Origin: a virus
Lineage: Duplodnaviria; Caudoviricetes
Strand: one strand, 5' to 3'
DNA: 64,000 bases
Virus record (IMG/VR): IMGVR_UViG_2671180612_000005
Coordinates: 6,888 to 70,887 of that record
Made by a program: the position numbers and the translations under genes. Under the pieces are notes generated by a model. The model was not told where the DNA came from. It worked only from the letters and a program-made list of their open reading frames with translations, and searched no databases. This document shows positions 19,225 to 28,042 of this stretch, in pieces; the stretch's first letter is position 1; each line of letters starts with the position of its first letter.

Positions 19225-20031
19225 CTAGTCCATGGGCAGCGTCGACGTGCCGACGGCGGCCGGATCGCCAGAGGCGTAGACGCCCGGAGCGTAGTTCGAG
19301 GTCCAGACCCGCCGGGTGACGCCCTCCTGGGCGACGTCGTAGGACGATGCCTCGCCCTCGATCGACGCCGATCCGAAGCCTTCGATGGGATACTCGACCT
19401 CCTCGACGATCCGCCGCGACGGCGTGCCCGGAATGTCGAACCCGCGCACCTTCTCGATCTCGGTTTCCGGTACGATGAACCAATCGGCGGCTAGAATGTC
19501 GGTGCTGGATGCCGACCACCCCATCAAGATCTTGTCGTCGGCGGTCTTCATCAGCAGGTACGGCAGCACGTCCGCCTTCCCGCCGTTCCGTTCGGCGAAC
19601 GCCCTAGTGTGCGGATTCCAGAACTTGTCCGCGGGCAGGTCGACCTGACGGTCACCGCTACAGATCCAAAGGCGCGGCTCGTCGCCAGCGCCCGGCAGCT
19701 TGTTGCCGTTCCAGCCCAGCCGGGAGACCCGGTCGCCGACCTGCATCATCCGCAGCGCGCCGCCGAAATCCATGGTCCTGACGCAGACGGTCCCGGAGTC
19801 GCCGAGCTCGGCCAACTCGCGATCCAGCTCTCGCCAGATGGCGGGACTGTTGGCCGAATAACCCTCGCGATGCAGACGGTCGGCGATACGACGAACGTTG
19901 ACGGATCGAACATCGGTCCCCTTCTTGTCGAACCACGGGTTCTTAGCCATCCACTCGGTCTCGAACGCACTTGGCACGACGGGCGGCGTGGTGGTGCCCA
20001 ACGTCGCCATTACGTTCTCTTCGTTGCTCAT
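19225..20031 (-). CDS. DUF2829 (Tad2-like) domain fusion protein
   Basis: MDFGGAL..G.RVSRLGWNG...PYLLMKTAD...GWSASSTDILAADW. Confidence 0.85.
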   Translation of the reverse strand: MSNEENVMATLGTTTPPVVPSAFETEWMAKNPWFDKKGTDVRSVNVRRIADRLHREGYSANSPAIWRELDRELAELGDSGTVCVRTMDFGGALRMMQVGDRVSRLGWNGNKLPGAGDEPRLWICSGDRQVDLPADKFWNPHTRAFAERNGGKADVLPYLLMKTADDKILMGWSASSTDILAADWFIVPETEIEKVRGFDIPGTPSRRIVEEVEYPIEGFGSASIEGEASSYDVAQEGVTRRVWTSNYAPGVYASGDPAAVGTSTLPMD

Positions 20032-20046
20032 CTTGCTCTCCTCTCC

Positions 20047-20979
20047 TCAACGACCCGCGATCGCCCGGGCGATCTGCGCCGGCACGCCATGCTGGATTTC
20101 GATTCTCATGACCGGGCCGTGGCCCGTCTTCCTGACGTTCCGGGCGACGTGCTCCGTGACGATCGCCATCGCTTCGACATCGTCGAGCCAGCGCGGTTGC
20201 CCGTATTCGGTGACCGCCGCGCCGACGCGCACGGTCGCGTCGGCGATCCGGGCCGCATACTTCTCCGCCGGCGGCGTGTTGGCGCGGCCCTGCGCCTGCA
20301 TGCGGCGCACGCCTGCGATCTGCACGGTGACGTGCGGTCGGCCGGCGGGATCGCGCAGCGAGACGATCGCGCCGCCGCGGCCGAGCCTGTCGTAGCTGCC
20401 CTGCCCGACGCAGTGGCCCATGGCATCGCCTTCAGCGTCTCGCTCCGCATCCGTCCGGACCCACACCCATGCCCAGCCGTCGTCGTACCGGTGGAGGACC
20501 GGGCACGAAGCCAGGTCGACCGCGGCGGCCTCGGTCTTCCGCTTCGCGAGGGCGGCATGCCAGCGGTCCTGGGCCTGCCAGAGAGCCTGATAGTTCATGC
20601 GCGGAAGCTTTGCGTAGCGGCGAGGATCGTCCTGGCGGACGGAACGGATCCAGTCCACAATCGGCAGGACGCCGTACTGCGTTGGCGTCAGGGGCCACCC
20701 TGACGAGGACGGACCATCCAACCTTTCCATCGCGTCCGCCGCGATGGCGACCATCTCGCGGAGCTCCTTCGGATAGCGGTAGCCGCGACAGGACTGGCAG
20801 CGCTCTTCGGGCCTCGCGGGAAGATCTCCTCGGACCATGGCGCGAGCGAACGTCTTCGTCACCGAGACGAGAATGGCTTCGTCCGGGCTCCCCGCTTCGG
20901 CGTAGAACTCCCGGAACGTGTAGGCCCAGATTCGACCGACATCGGCGACAATACGGGGATGGGTGGCGACATCGCTCAC
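20047..20979 (-). CDS. PcfJ-like domain protein
   Basis: RDAEGDAMGHCVGQGSY...IVSLRDPAGRPHVTVQ. Confidence 0.75.
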   Translation of the reverse strand: MSDVATHPRIVADVGRIWAYTFREFYAEAGSPDEAILVSVTKTFARAMVRGDLPARPEERCQSCRGYRYPKELREMVAIAADAMERLDGPSSSGWPLTPTQYGVLPIVDWIRSVRQDDPRRYAKLPRMNYQALWQAQDRWHAALAKRKTEAAAVDLASCPVLHRYDDGWAWVWVRTDAERDAEGDAMGHCVGQGSYDRLGRGGAIVSLRDPAGRPHVTVQIAGVRRMQAQGRANTPPAEKYAARIADATVRVGAAVTEYGQPRWLDDVEAMAIVTEHVARNVRKTGHGPVMRIEIQHGVPAQIARAIAGR

Positions 20980-20983
20980 CTCC

Positions 20984-21544
20984 TCAGCCCTCCGATCCGT
21001 CGAGGCCGATCGCGTGCTTCACGCTCTCGACGACGCGCCGATTCCCCTGCTCGTAGCCGTTCTGGAAGACGGCGCGCAGCGTTTCTGGGAATTCGAGACC
21101 ACCGACCCGGAACCACTTGCCCGGACGGGTCTCGAAGTCCTCGAGCCGCGCCGTCCTCCAGGTGCCGACGACGCCGTAGGCCCGCCGCACGATGCCGCGC
21201 TGCTCGTCCTTCTCCTCGCCGACGACCCGGACGGCCGCGTCCTCGCAGACGACGTAGCCCGACGGAACGTCCGCCGGCACGACGAGATCGTCCTGGCCGA
21301 GTCCGCCGCCCTCGGTCCAGATCATTTCGAACGCCGGCTCGCCGCGACGGGGGCGGACGAGTAGGAGCATGAATGCGATCGGTGCGGTGTGCGTCATCGG
21401 CTCCTCGATCGGCGCCGGATTCGGATCGTCGCCGGGCTCCAGGAAGGGGTCGTCGCCGCGCCCCTCGACGACGGCGGCCGCAAGGATGTCTTCGCGCTCG
21501 ATCTCAGCGGTGGTCAGCGTGGTTTGGGCGTCGGTGTCGGACAT
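20984..21544 (-). CDS. Hypothetical protein
   Basis: 186 aa, GAGG RBS. Confidence 0.6.
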   Translation of the reverse strand: MSDTDAQTTLTTAEIEREDILAAAVVEGRGDDPFLEPGDDPNPAPIEEPMTHTAPIAFMLLLVRPRRGEPAFEMIWTEGGGLGQDDLVVPADVPSGYVVCEDAAVRVVGEEKDEQRGIVRRAYGVVGTWRTARLEDFETRPGKWFRVGGLEFPETLRAVFQNGYEQGNRRVVESVKHAIGLDGSEG

Positions 21545-21601
21545 GGGTGCCTCGATGGCGCAAGGGGATCGAGGCGGCCGCCGGAGCAGCCGCCGGCGGG
21601 A

Positions 21602-22459
21602 TCAGCGGAAGGTGATGGTGGGCTCTGCTCCGAAGTTCTGACCGACCCTCCTCCGACGGGTCTCGAGGACGCGAAGGTACGTGCGCATCGCGGCCTCTTG
21701 GGAAACCAGGAGATCCCGGTCGATGTCGGCCAGACGACGGTAGTCGGCGGACTTCACGAACGCCGCCAGGTCAAAGAGGCGCTTGTCGAGCTCGAGCGCT
21801 TCGGCGTCGAGACGCTTCCAGAGGACCTCCCTCGTCTCGCCGCCGTTCTCAAGCTGCGCCTTCTCGGCATCGGTCAGGCCGTCCTTCGGTGTCGGCACCG
21901 GCGGGACGTAATCGGGCGCGTAATCCAAGATGGTGACACCGGAAGCCGCTCTCGCCGCCGCCTGGTCCTTCGTCAAGGCCGCCTGTTCGATCGCCGCGCT
22001 CTCGCCCTCGTGCAGCTGCGGCTCCGCCGGCGACGTGCCGAACTGGAGCAGATCCGCGACGGCGCGCAGGCGATCGACCGAAATGCCGGACACGGAGATC
22101 GAGACGCCGGCGCCGGAGACCTGGACGGCGGGCGGAGCCGATTGCGATGCTCCCGCCGACGACTTCCCGAACACCCGGACGACATCGTCGTCGCGGCTGA
22201 TCGTGTAGAAGCTCGGCGACGCGTGGATGCGGAACTTCACCTTGGCGCCGGACGCGTCCCCGGCGTGGACCGGGAACGTGATCTCTTCCGGATGCCGGTG
22301 GCGCTGCATGTGGAAGAGGAGGTCGTGCAGGACGACCTGCACCTGCCGATCCGGGATGCCAAGGGCGGCCGCCACTTCAGGACGGCGGGAGAGGATGTAG
22401 GCATCGGTGTTGCACGCCAGCGTGTGGCGGCCGATGACGACGGGCTTCAGGGTGGTCAT
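21602..22459 (-). CDS. Hypothetical protein with C-terminal crAss001_48-like helical domain
   Basis: RLDAEALELDKRLFDLAAFV...L...DRDLL..Q..AM..Y..VL..R. Confidence 0.65.
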   Translation of the reverse strand: MTTLKPVVIGRHTLACNTDAYILSRRPEVAAALGIPDRQVQVVLHDLLFHMQRHRHPEEITFPVHAGDASGAKVKFRIHASPSFYTISRDDDVVRVFGKSSAGASQSAPPAVQVSGAGVSISVSGISVDRLRAVADLLQFGTSPAEPQLHEGESAAIEQAALTKDQAAARAASGVTILDYAPDYVPPVPTPKDGLTDAEKAQLENGGETREVLWKRLDAEALELDKRLFDLAAFVKSADYRRLADIDRDLLVSQEAAMRTYLRVLETRRRRVGQNFGAEPTITFR

Positions 22460-22486
22460 GATCGCAGGTCTCGTTCGTTGGCGCTT

Positions 22487-22828
22487 TTACGCAGCGCGGT
22501 CGGTGGAATCGGGAATGCGGCGGATGGTCTGGTGCCGCGTCCCGTGGGCAGCGAGCGCGTTGAGGATCCCGAGCAGTTGCCGCTCGCGGTATGCGCCTTC
22601 GCCCATCATGTTGCGGTCGAGGTCCGAAAGTTCGAACGCGATGTTCGCGGCCAGGTCCTCCAGGTCGACGTGGCTCTGCCAACGGACCTCCGGCAGCGTC
22701 CCGCCGGCGGCCCCGAGATACGCCTCGACGACGTCCATCCCGCCCGGCGTCATGCCGTGCGACGTCAGGATCTGGCGATCGAGTTCCTCGACCGCCCTGC
22801 CCGTCGCCGCGATGGAGAGAGCGATCAC
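22487..22828 (-). CDS. Hypothetical protein (5' end possibly deleted)
   Basis: Frame stays coding-like upstream to about 22900 with no clear start. Confidence 0.5.
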   Translation of the reverse strand: MIALSIAATGRAVEELDRQILTSHGMTPGGMDVVEAYLGAAGGTLPEVRWQSHVDLEDLAANIAFELSDLDRNMMGEGAYRERQLLGILNALAAHGTRHQTIRRIPDSTDRAA

Positions 22829-22898
22829 GGATGCGGCCTTCCGGACGACGCGGATCTTCCGGCCGTCGACGGCGAGGTGCGGGACGGCGCCGACGATG

Positions 22899-23510
22899 AC
22901 CGCAGACGAGCTTCTCCGACAGCGTCGCGTTGGCCGACCAGAGAGGCCACCGGCAGCCCGAAGCGGCGACGACCGGCCGGGCCAGCGCCGTCGGGCGGAA
23001 GGCCTCCGCGAGGATCCGGTCGCGCTCGACCCGAAGACGCGCCTTCTCGGCGGCGACCTCGTCCAGCTGCTTCATCGTCAGGACCTTGTCGGCGAAGGCC
23101 CGCGTAGAGTCCGCCGGCAGGAGCGGAAGGACGACGGCCGTCCTCGCGGTCTTGGACCTCTTCGGCGGCATCGGCGACGGGATGGGACGCGGCGCCAGGG
23201 TCGTGATCGCGGTCCCGGACTTGCGCAGCGACGGCAGCACGGTCCGCCGGGGCACGCCGAAGCGCGACGAGATCTCCTCCGCGGACCGACCCTTCTCGGC
23301 CAGACGGCGGGCTTCGTCGAGCTTGGCGCCGACGAGGGTCAGGACCTTGGCCCGCTGCCGCAGCTGGATGCCCTTGCGGTGACACAAGCCGATGATCGCG
23401 TTGCGGGTCGTGCCGGGGAATTCCGAGGCGATCTCCGACGCGCTGCGGCCGGCGTCGGCCATCCGGCGGATTCTGGCGACGTCGTCTTCGTTCCAGGGGA
23501 TGTTGGCCAT
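22899..23510 (-). pseudogene. gcrA: GcrA-like regulator, C-terminus apparently truncated
   Basis: W...GRSASEIASEF..TTRNAIIG..HR and CRWP...VCG, then out-of-frame Arg-rich run to 22377. Confidence 0.7.
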
Positions 23511-23537
23511 GGTCGATATCCTTTCGTGGGTTGGGGA

Positions 23538-23957
23538 TCAGTCGGCGTCCATGCCGACGAGGCCGCGGTTGCCCCCCCTCTCCCGCCTGACGGCGACGCG
23601 GGTCTCGCGGGTCATGAAGCGGGGGCCGGAACGACCCCGCGGCTTCGGGCGGGCCTCGCCCGGCTTCTTCGGGTACGTCGTGACTACGGTTCCCTCGACA
23701 AGGATGGCCAGGACGCCGCCGATCTCGGCGATCCCGTCCTGCGGTGCGTTCACGTCGAAGAGACTGCCGACGATCCGCCGGCGCATGTCGTGGACGGGCA
23801 GTCCCATCTCGGCGCCGAGGTGATGGAGCAGTTCCCCGTCGTCGAGGCCGCCGAGGCGGTCCCGCACGGCTTCGACGCCGATGCGCTCCACCCGGTCGAT
23901 CCAGCGCAACATGGCGTGGTCCGAGACCTTGAAGCGTACGTACCGGCGGGCGCTCAC
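23538..23957 (-). CDS. Hypothetical protein (VSDHAMLRWIDR motif, possible RelE-like fold)
   Basis: GTG start overlapping the upstream stop. Confidence 0.6.
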   Translation of the reverse strand: MSARRYVRFKVSDHAMLRWIDRVERIGVEAVRDRLGGLDDGELLHHLGAEMGLPVHDMRRRIVGSLFDVNAPQDGIAEIGGVLAILVEGTVVTTYPKKPGEARPKPRGRSGPRFMTRETRVAVRRERGGNRGLVGMDAD

Positions 23958-24187
23958 GCGACCGCTCCGTCGATGCCGAGGAACGCCAGGTAGACATCCA
24001 TCGCCTCGATCATCCCGACGGGGACGACCGGCCCACGCCGGACGGCCTCGTCGATGCGGGACCGGGCGACGGAGGCCGGAACGCCGGCCTCCTGCGCGAT
24101 GCGCTCGATCGGGGTGCCGACCCGGTCGAGATACCGGGCGCGGGCCGTCTGCTCCGCGTCCCAATCGGGAAGGTCGGGGCCGGTCAT
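23954..24187 (-). CDS. Small HTH-like protein
   Basis: GTPIERIAQEAGVP. Confidence 0.55.
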   Translation of the reverse strand: MTGPDLPDWDAEQTARARYLDRVGTPIERIAQEAGVPASVARSRIDEAVRRGPVVPVGMIEAMDVYLAFLGIDGAVA

Positions 24188-25647
24188 GCCGTCCTCGTCC
24201 CGTCCAGCGTTCCCCTGAGGTCCTTCATCATCTTCAAGGACCGCTGCTCGGCCGCGATGCGCGTCTCGATCGAGGCGATCTCCGCGTCGAGGGCGACGAC
24301 CAGGGCGGGCGCCGCGGTCTTCGGCGAGGAGGCGGCCCGTCCGCGCACGAGAGACCGCTTCTTCTTGACCGCGGCGGTGGTGCGGCCGAGGTGCCCCGCG
24401 ATCTCCACGAGGGACTTCCCGGCCGCGTCGGCCGTCGAGAGGTATTTCAGGTCGGCGTCCGTCCACGGAGCGCCGAAGGGATTCTGTTCGGTGGTGTCGG
24501 CGGACATGGTCGTCTCCTGTTCGGCTTCGGTTTGGGTCTGCTGGACGACTTCGGGCTTGGCGTCCCGGATATCGTCCACCACGGGCGCCTGCTCCGGCAG
24601 GGCCTCGGGGACCTCGTGGACGATCTCGGGCGCGGACTGGGCAATCTCGTCCGCCGGCGTCGCGACGTCGGACGGGTAGAGAAGCTTCAGCGGCTCGGCA
24701 TCGAGGTCGCGGGGAGCCGGATACGGCATGTCGACGCCGTAGCGGCCTGACACGTAGGACCGAGTCGCGTTCGGGGTCCGGCCGTCCTTCGCGAGCATGG
24801 CATCGATCTGCGCGATGGTGAGGGGAACGATCCGCGAGATGCGCAGCGACGTCGCGCCCTCTGCGTGCAGCTCCAGGACCCGGCTCTTCGTCGCCATGGT
24901 CGAATAGCCGGTGCTGCGGTCCGAGATGGCATCCTGATGCCTCCGGCGGATCTTCGCGATCTCGCGGTCGACCTGCACGACGCCGCAGCCGAGGACCTTC
25001 GCGATCGTGCGCGAGTCCTTGCCATCGGCCCAGAGCTTCTCGATGCCGACCATCATGTCGACGGTCCACCCACCCTCCCCGGTGCGACCTGGATCCTCGG
25101 AAACGTTCGGAGCATCGGGACCGGCGGCGGCGCGAGCCTTCGCGATCTCGCGGACCTTCAGGCCCAGGTACGTCGCCCTGTTCTGGACGCTCGCCCTCTG
25201 CTGCCCGAGCCCGATCGCGATGTCGGCGACGGCATGCCCGGCCAGCATCCTGGTCCGGATCGTCTCGTCCTCCTGGGGCGTGAAGAAATGCCGGGCATCG
25301 ATGGACTTCCGGGCGTTGACGACGGTCCCGAGCGGGATCCTCGGCGTCTCGACCTCGAAGCCCGCCTGCTGCAGCACGACGGCCGCCTGATCCTTCGAAA
25401 CGCCGACGCGCTGGGCGATGCGGCTGAGACGGTACTTCTCGACGCGGTGCAGCTCGACGATGCGGTCGCGCTGGAACTGCGTCAGCTGCTGCGACGCGCC
25501 GAGGCGGGTCATACGGGTCTGCACGGCGCCGACGGAGACGCCGAACTGGTCGGCGACGACCGGACCCGGCGTCTTGAGGAGGGAATGGAGGCGGAGGGCT
25601 TCGTCCTCCTCCGCGGTCCACTGCTTGTAGCCTGCACGGACGCCCAT
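24184..25647 (-). CDS. Multi-HTH (Myb/GcrA-like repeat) DNA-binding protein
   Basis: Repeated WT.EED-type helices followed by IA..LG motifs. Confidence 0.7.
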   Translation of the reverse strand: MGVRAGYKQWTAEEDEALRLHSLLKTPGPVVADQFGVSVGAVQTRMTRLGASQQLTQFQRDRIVELHRVEKYRLSRIAQRVGVSKDQAAVVLQQAGFEVETPRIPLGTVVNARKSIDARHFFTPQEDETIRTRMLAGHAVADIAIGLGQQRASVQNRATYLGLKVREIAKARAAAGPDAPNVSEDPGRTGEGGWTVDMMVGIEKLWADGKDSRTIAKVLGCGVVQVDREIAKIRRRHQDAISDRSTGYSTMATKSRVLELHAEGATSLRISRIVPLTIAQIDAMLAKDGRTPNATRSYVSGRYGVDMPYPAPRDLDAEPLKLLYPSDVATPADEIAQSAPEIVHEVPEALPEQAPVVDDIRDAKPEVVQQTQTEAEQETTMSADTTEQNPFGAPWTDADLKYLSTADAAGKSLVEIAGHLGRTTAAVKKKRSLVRGRAASSPKTAAPALVVALDAEIASIETRIAAEQRSLKMMKDLRGTLDGTRTA

Positions 25648-26036
25648 CAGAGTGCCCCCTGCTCGGCCGTAGCCTCGGTCAGGTCGACGCGGTACGCCGC
25701 CTTGTTCTTGAACGGCGCTAGGAACGCGTCGTCGAGCGCGACGCCGGCGTCGGCGGCGACCTTCTCGGCGACCTGCTTCCACTGCGTCCCGCCCGGGATC
25801 AGGTTCCGAGTGGCGACGCAGCCGACGCCCTTCGTGGGCTTGTCGGAGAGCTTCACGAACTCCGCCGGCGCCTTCTCGAGCTCCTCGAAGCGCTTGCGCA
25901 TCTGGCGGATCATCTGGAGGCTGTCGGCGACGGTCAGGCCGGAGAGGAGGTCCTCGGCGGTGACCAGGAGGGCGTTCAGGCCCTCGACGGTCACATCGTA
26001 GTTCTCGCGGTGCGAGAGGTTGGCTCTGGCGGACAT
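25647..26036 (-). CDS. Hypothetical protein
   Basis: MSARANLSHRENY...; TGATG overlap. Confidence 0.65.
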   Translation of the reverse strand: MSARANLSHRENYDVTVEGLNALLVTAEDLLSGLTVADSLQMIRQMRKRFEELEKAPAEFVKLSDKPTKGVGCVATRNLIPGGTQWKQVAEKVAADAGVALDDAFLAPFKNKAAYRVDLTEATAEQGAL

Positions 26037-26123
26037 GGGGGTGCCCTGTGTTGGAGTTGTCGCTACTGGTTCGTTGGCCGTTTTACACGCGACGTCGGGA
26101 CGGCCAGCCCGCGCCACTTCGTG

Positions 26124-26465
26124 TCAGGCTGCGCGGGCGGAAGTCGCTCGCACGAAAAGCTGGAAGTCATCCGCGTGCGTGCCGGACGAGAGCCGTGCGA
26201 CCGCGGCCAGGAGCCGGATTTCGGACTCCTGGTACGGGTACAGCCCGACCAGCATGTCCTCGACCCTCTTGTTCGGCGTGTTGACGCCGGACTCGGTCTG
26301 GGAGATCAGAGGTCCCGAGCAGCCGATGCGCCGGGCGAACTCTGCCCGGGTCATGTCGGCGTCGGAACGCAGACGGCGCATGAACGACCCGAAGATCTGC
26401 CGGTTCAGCAGGTTGGGATCGCTCGTGGTCAGCGTCTCGGTCGCGGTTTCGGGGGTAGCGGACAT
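26124..26465 (-). CDS. XRE-family HTH regulator
   Basis: FGSFMRRLR...MTRAEFARRIGCS..LISQTESG..TP. Confidence 0.85.
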   Translation of the reverse strand: MSATPETATETLTTSDPNLLNRQIFGSFMRRLRSDADMTRAEFARRIGCSGPLISQTESGVNTPNKRVEDMLVGLYPYQESEIRLLAAVARLSSGTHADDFQLFVRATSARAA

Positions 26466-26529
26466 TCCAGGTCTCCGTCTTAACGAATTCGTAGCAGGTT
26501 CATTGTCAGGTGTCACTAGGGTAGTTAAC

Positions 26530-27570
26530 CTATTCGCGAGATTCGACGAGTTTGACGCCGAAACGCTCCTCGAGGGCGGCGATCCCTTCCGCGAGCGACA
26601 GGTCGCCTTCCGACAGGAGCCACTCCGCGACCGCGAGCTGCAGGGCGAAACCGTCGCTGAGGTCGGGCTTGCCCGAACGCCGGCGGACGGTGTCGAGGGC
26701 CTGGCGGATCATGCCTTCGCCCGACGCGGTGACGGTGAGGACGAGGCGGCGGTGCGAGCCGGTCTTCGGTTCGCCGTCCCGAAGCCGCCGGCAGTGCTCC
26801 ACGAGGTCCCTGACGCCATGGGTCTCGGCGAACGCGACAGCGTCCTTGTGAAGGCTCTCGTCCTTCAGGCCGGCGATTTCCTTCGCCTTCGTCCACCCGA
26901 GCTTCTCGATCCTTGACCGCAACGGCGAACCCGACAGCCGACGGCCGATGCGCAGGATGTACATGGCCTTACGGCCCGCGACGCCGGCTTCGGTTTCGAG
27001 GAACGCCGCGACGGCCGAACGCTCGTCCGCGTAGCCGAGACGCCGATGGACGCCGCCGTTGACCAGGGCGGCGAGCGCCTCGCCCAACGCCATGAAGTCG
27101 GCCGAACCGGCCAGGTCCTGCGCACGGGCCAGAAGGGCGCGGTCGTCGTCGCCGAGCTCGACGCCGTCCGACCGGCGGGCGACGGCGAAGCGGTCTATGC
27201 TCGGCTCCGAGAGAGCGGGCTCGGGATCCTCGATGGGATCGACGGACGCCGGCCGGCGAGCATCCTCCGCGAAATGCTCCTCGACGAGCGCCGTAACGAT
27301 GTCCGCCGGCGGCGCCACCTCCTCCGGCGGCGTCAGGGCGTCGATCGCCGCGTGGACTCGCTCCCAGGTCTGGTTGTCGCTGCCCCAGTTCATGAGGTCC
27401 TGGACGGACCACCTCGTCGAGCCGACGTCGGCGGCGACGCGGCGAAGGTCCTCGTCCTCGAGCGCGACCAGGCGCATGCGCAGGGCCTTCGACTGGGGCG
27501 ACATGCGTCGGGCCATGGCGCCGAAGGCGGGCGACCGGGGGGCGGAGGGGGAGAAGCCGAGGTTGCTCAT
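26530..27570 (-). CDS. Putative DNA-binding protein (DUF3102-like region)
   Basis: FMALGEAL...GY...FLE...RKAMY...LGWTKAKEIA. Confidence 0.55.
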   Translation of the reverse strand: MSNLGFSPSAPRSPAFGAMARRMSPQSKALRMRLVALEDEDLRRVAADVGSTRWSVQDLMNWGSDNQTWERVHAAIDALTPPEEVAPPADIVTALVEEHFAEDARRPASVDPIEDPEPALSEPSIDRFAVARRSDGVELGDDDRALLARAQDLAGSADFMALGEALAALVNGGVHRRLGYADERSAVAAFLETEAGVAGRKAMYILRIGRRLSGSPLRSRIEKLGWTKAKEIAGLKDESLHKDAVAFAETHGVRDLVEHCRRLRDGEPKTGSHRRLVLTVTASGEGMIRQALDTVRRRSGKPDLSDGFALQLAVAEWLLSEGDLSLAEGIAALEERFGVKLVESRE

Positions 27571-27893
27571 GCGAGGTCTTCCAGAAGGTCGGCCTCGACG
27601 ACGCCGTACTGGCGGAGCGTTCGGCCGGAGGCGTCGACGAAGCGCACGTGAAGGACGCCGCGGCGGGAGGTCTGCGCCGCGGTCGAGGTGATGCGGTCCA
27701 TCAGGGCCGGCGAGATGGCGAACGAGGCGCGGCTCGTCGACTTGCACTCGACGACGAGAATCTGGCTGGCGACGTCGCCCTTCTCGGGTCCGGCGCCGGA
27801 CATAGCCGTCAGGCGGCCGCCGATGGAGGCGGCGACGTCGCGTTCGTGGCGGCGGGCGTTGCGCAGGCCGGGCGGGAGGCGGGAGAACGGCAT
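27567..27893 (-). CDS. Holliday-junction resolvase-like PD-(D/E)XK nuclease
   Basis: HERDVA...SGAG.EKGDV...VECKST. Confidence 0.75.
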   Translation of the reverse strand: MPFSRLPPGLRNARRHERDVAASIGGRLTAMSGAGPEKGDVASQILVVECKSTSRASFAISPALMDRITSTAAQTSRRGVLHVRFVDASGRTLRQYGVVEADLLEDLA

Positions 27894-28042
27894 CAGAAGC
27901 CGGCCTCGTCGAAATCATCGTCGGCGCAGCCGTCGCAGACGAAATCGCCGTCCCGAACCTCGTAATCCTCGGCGGCATAGATCTCCGCGCCGCAGGAGCA
28001 ACAGAAAAGGATGCGGTCGCCCTCGTCGATGTCGTCGATCAT
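27893..28042 (-). CDS. Small acidic zinc-finger protein
   Basis: CSCG...CDGC. Confidence 0.6.
   Translation of the reverse strand: MIDDIDEGDRILFCCSCGAEIYAAEDYEVRDGDFVCDGCADDDFDEAGF

Noticed and set aside
19225-19227. Genome-wide TAG reassignment
   Set aside because: Other TAG stops (6070, 36572) look like genuine gene ends, and no suppressor tRNA was seen
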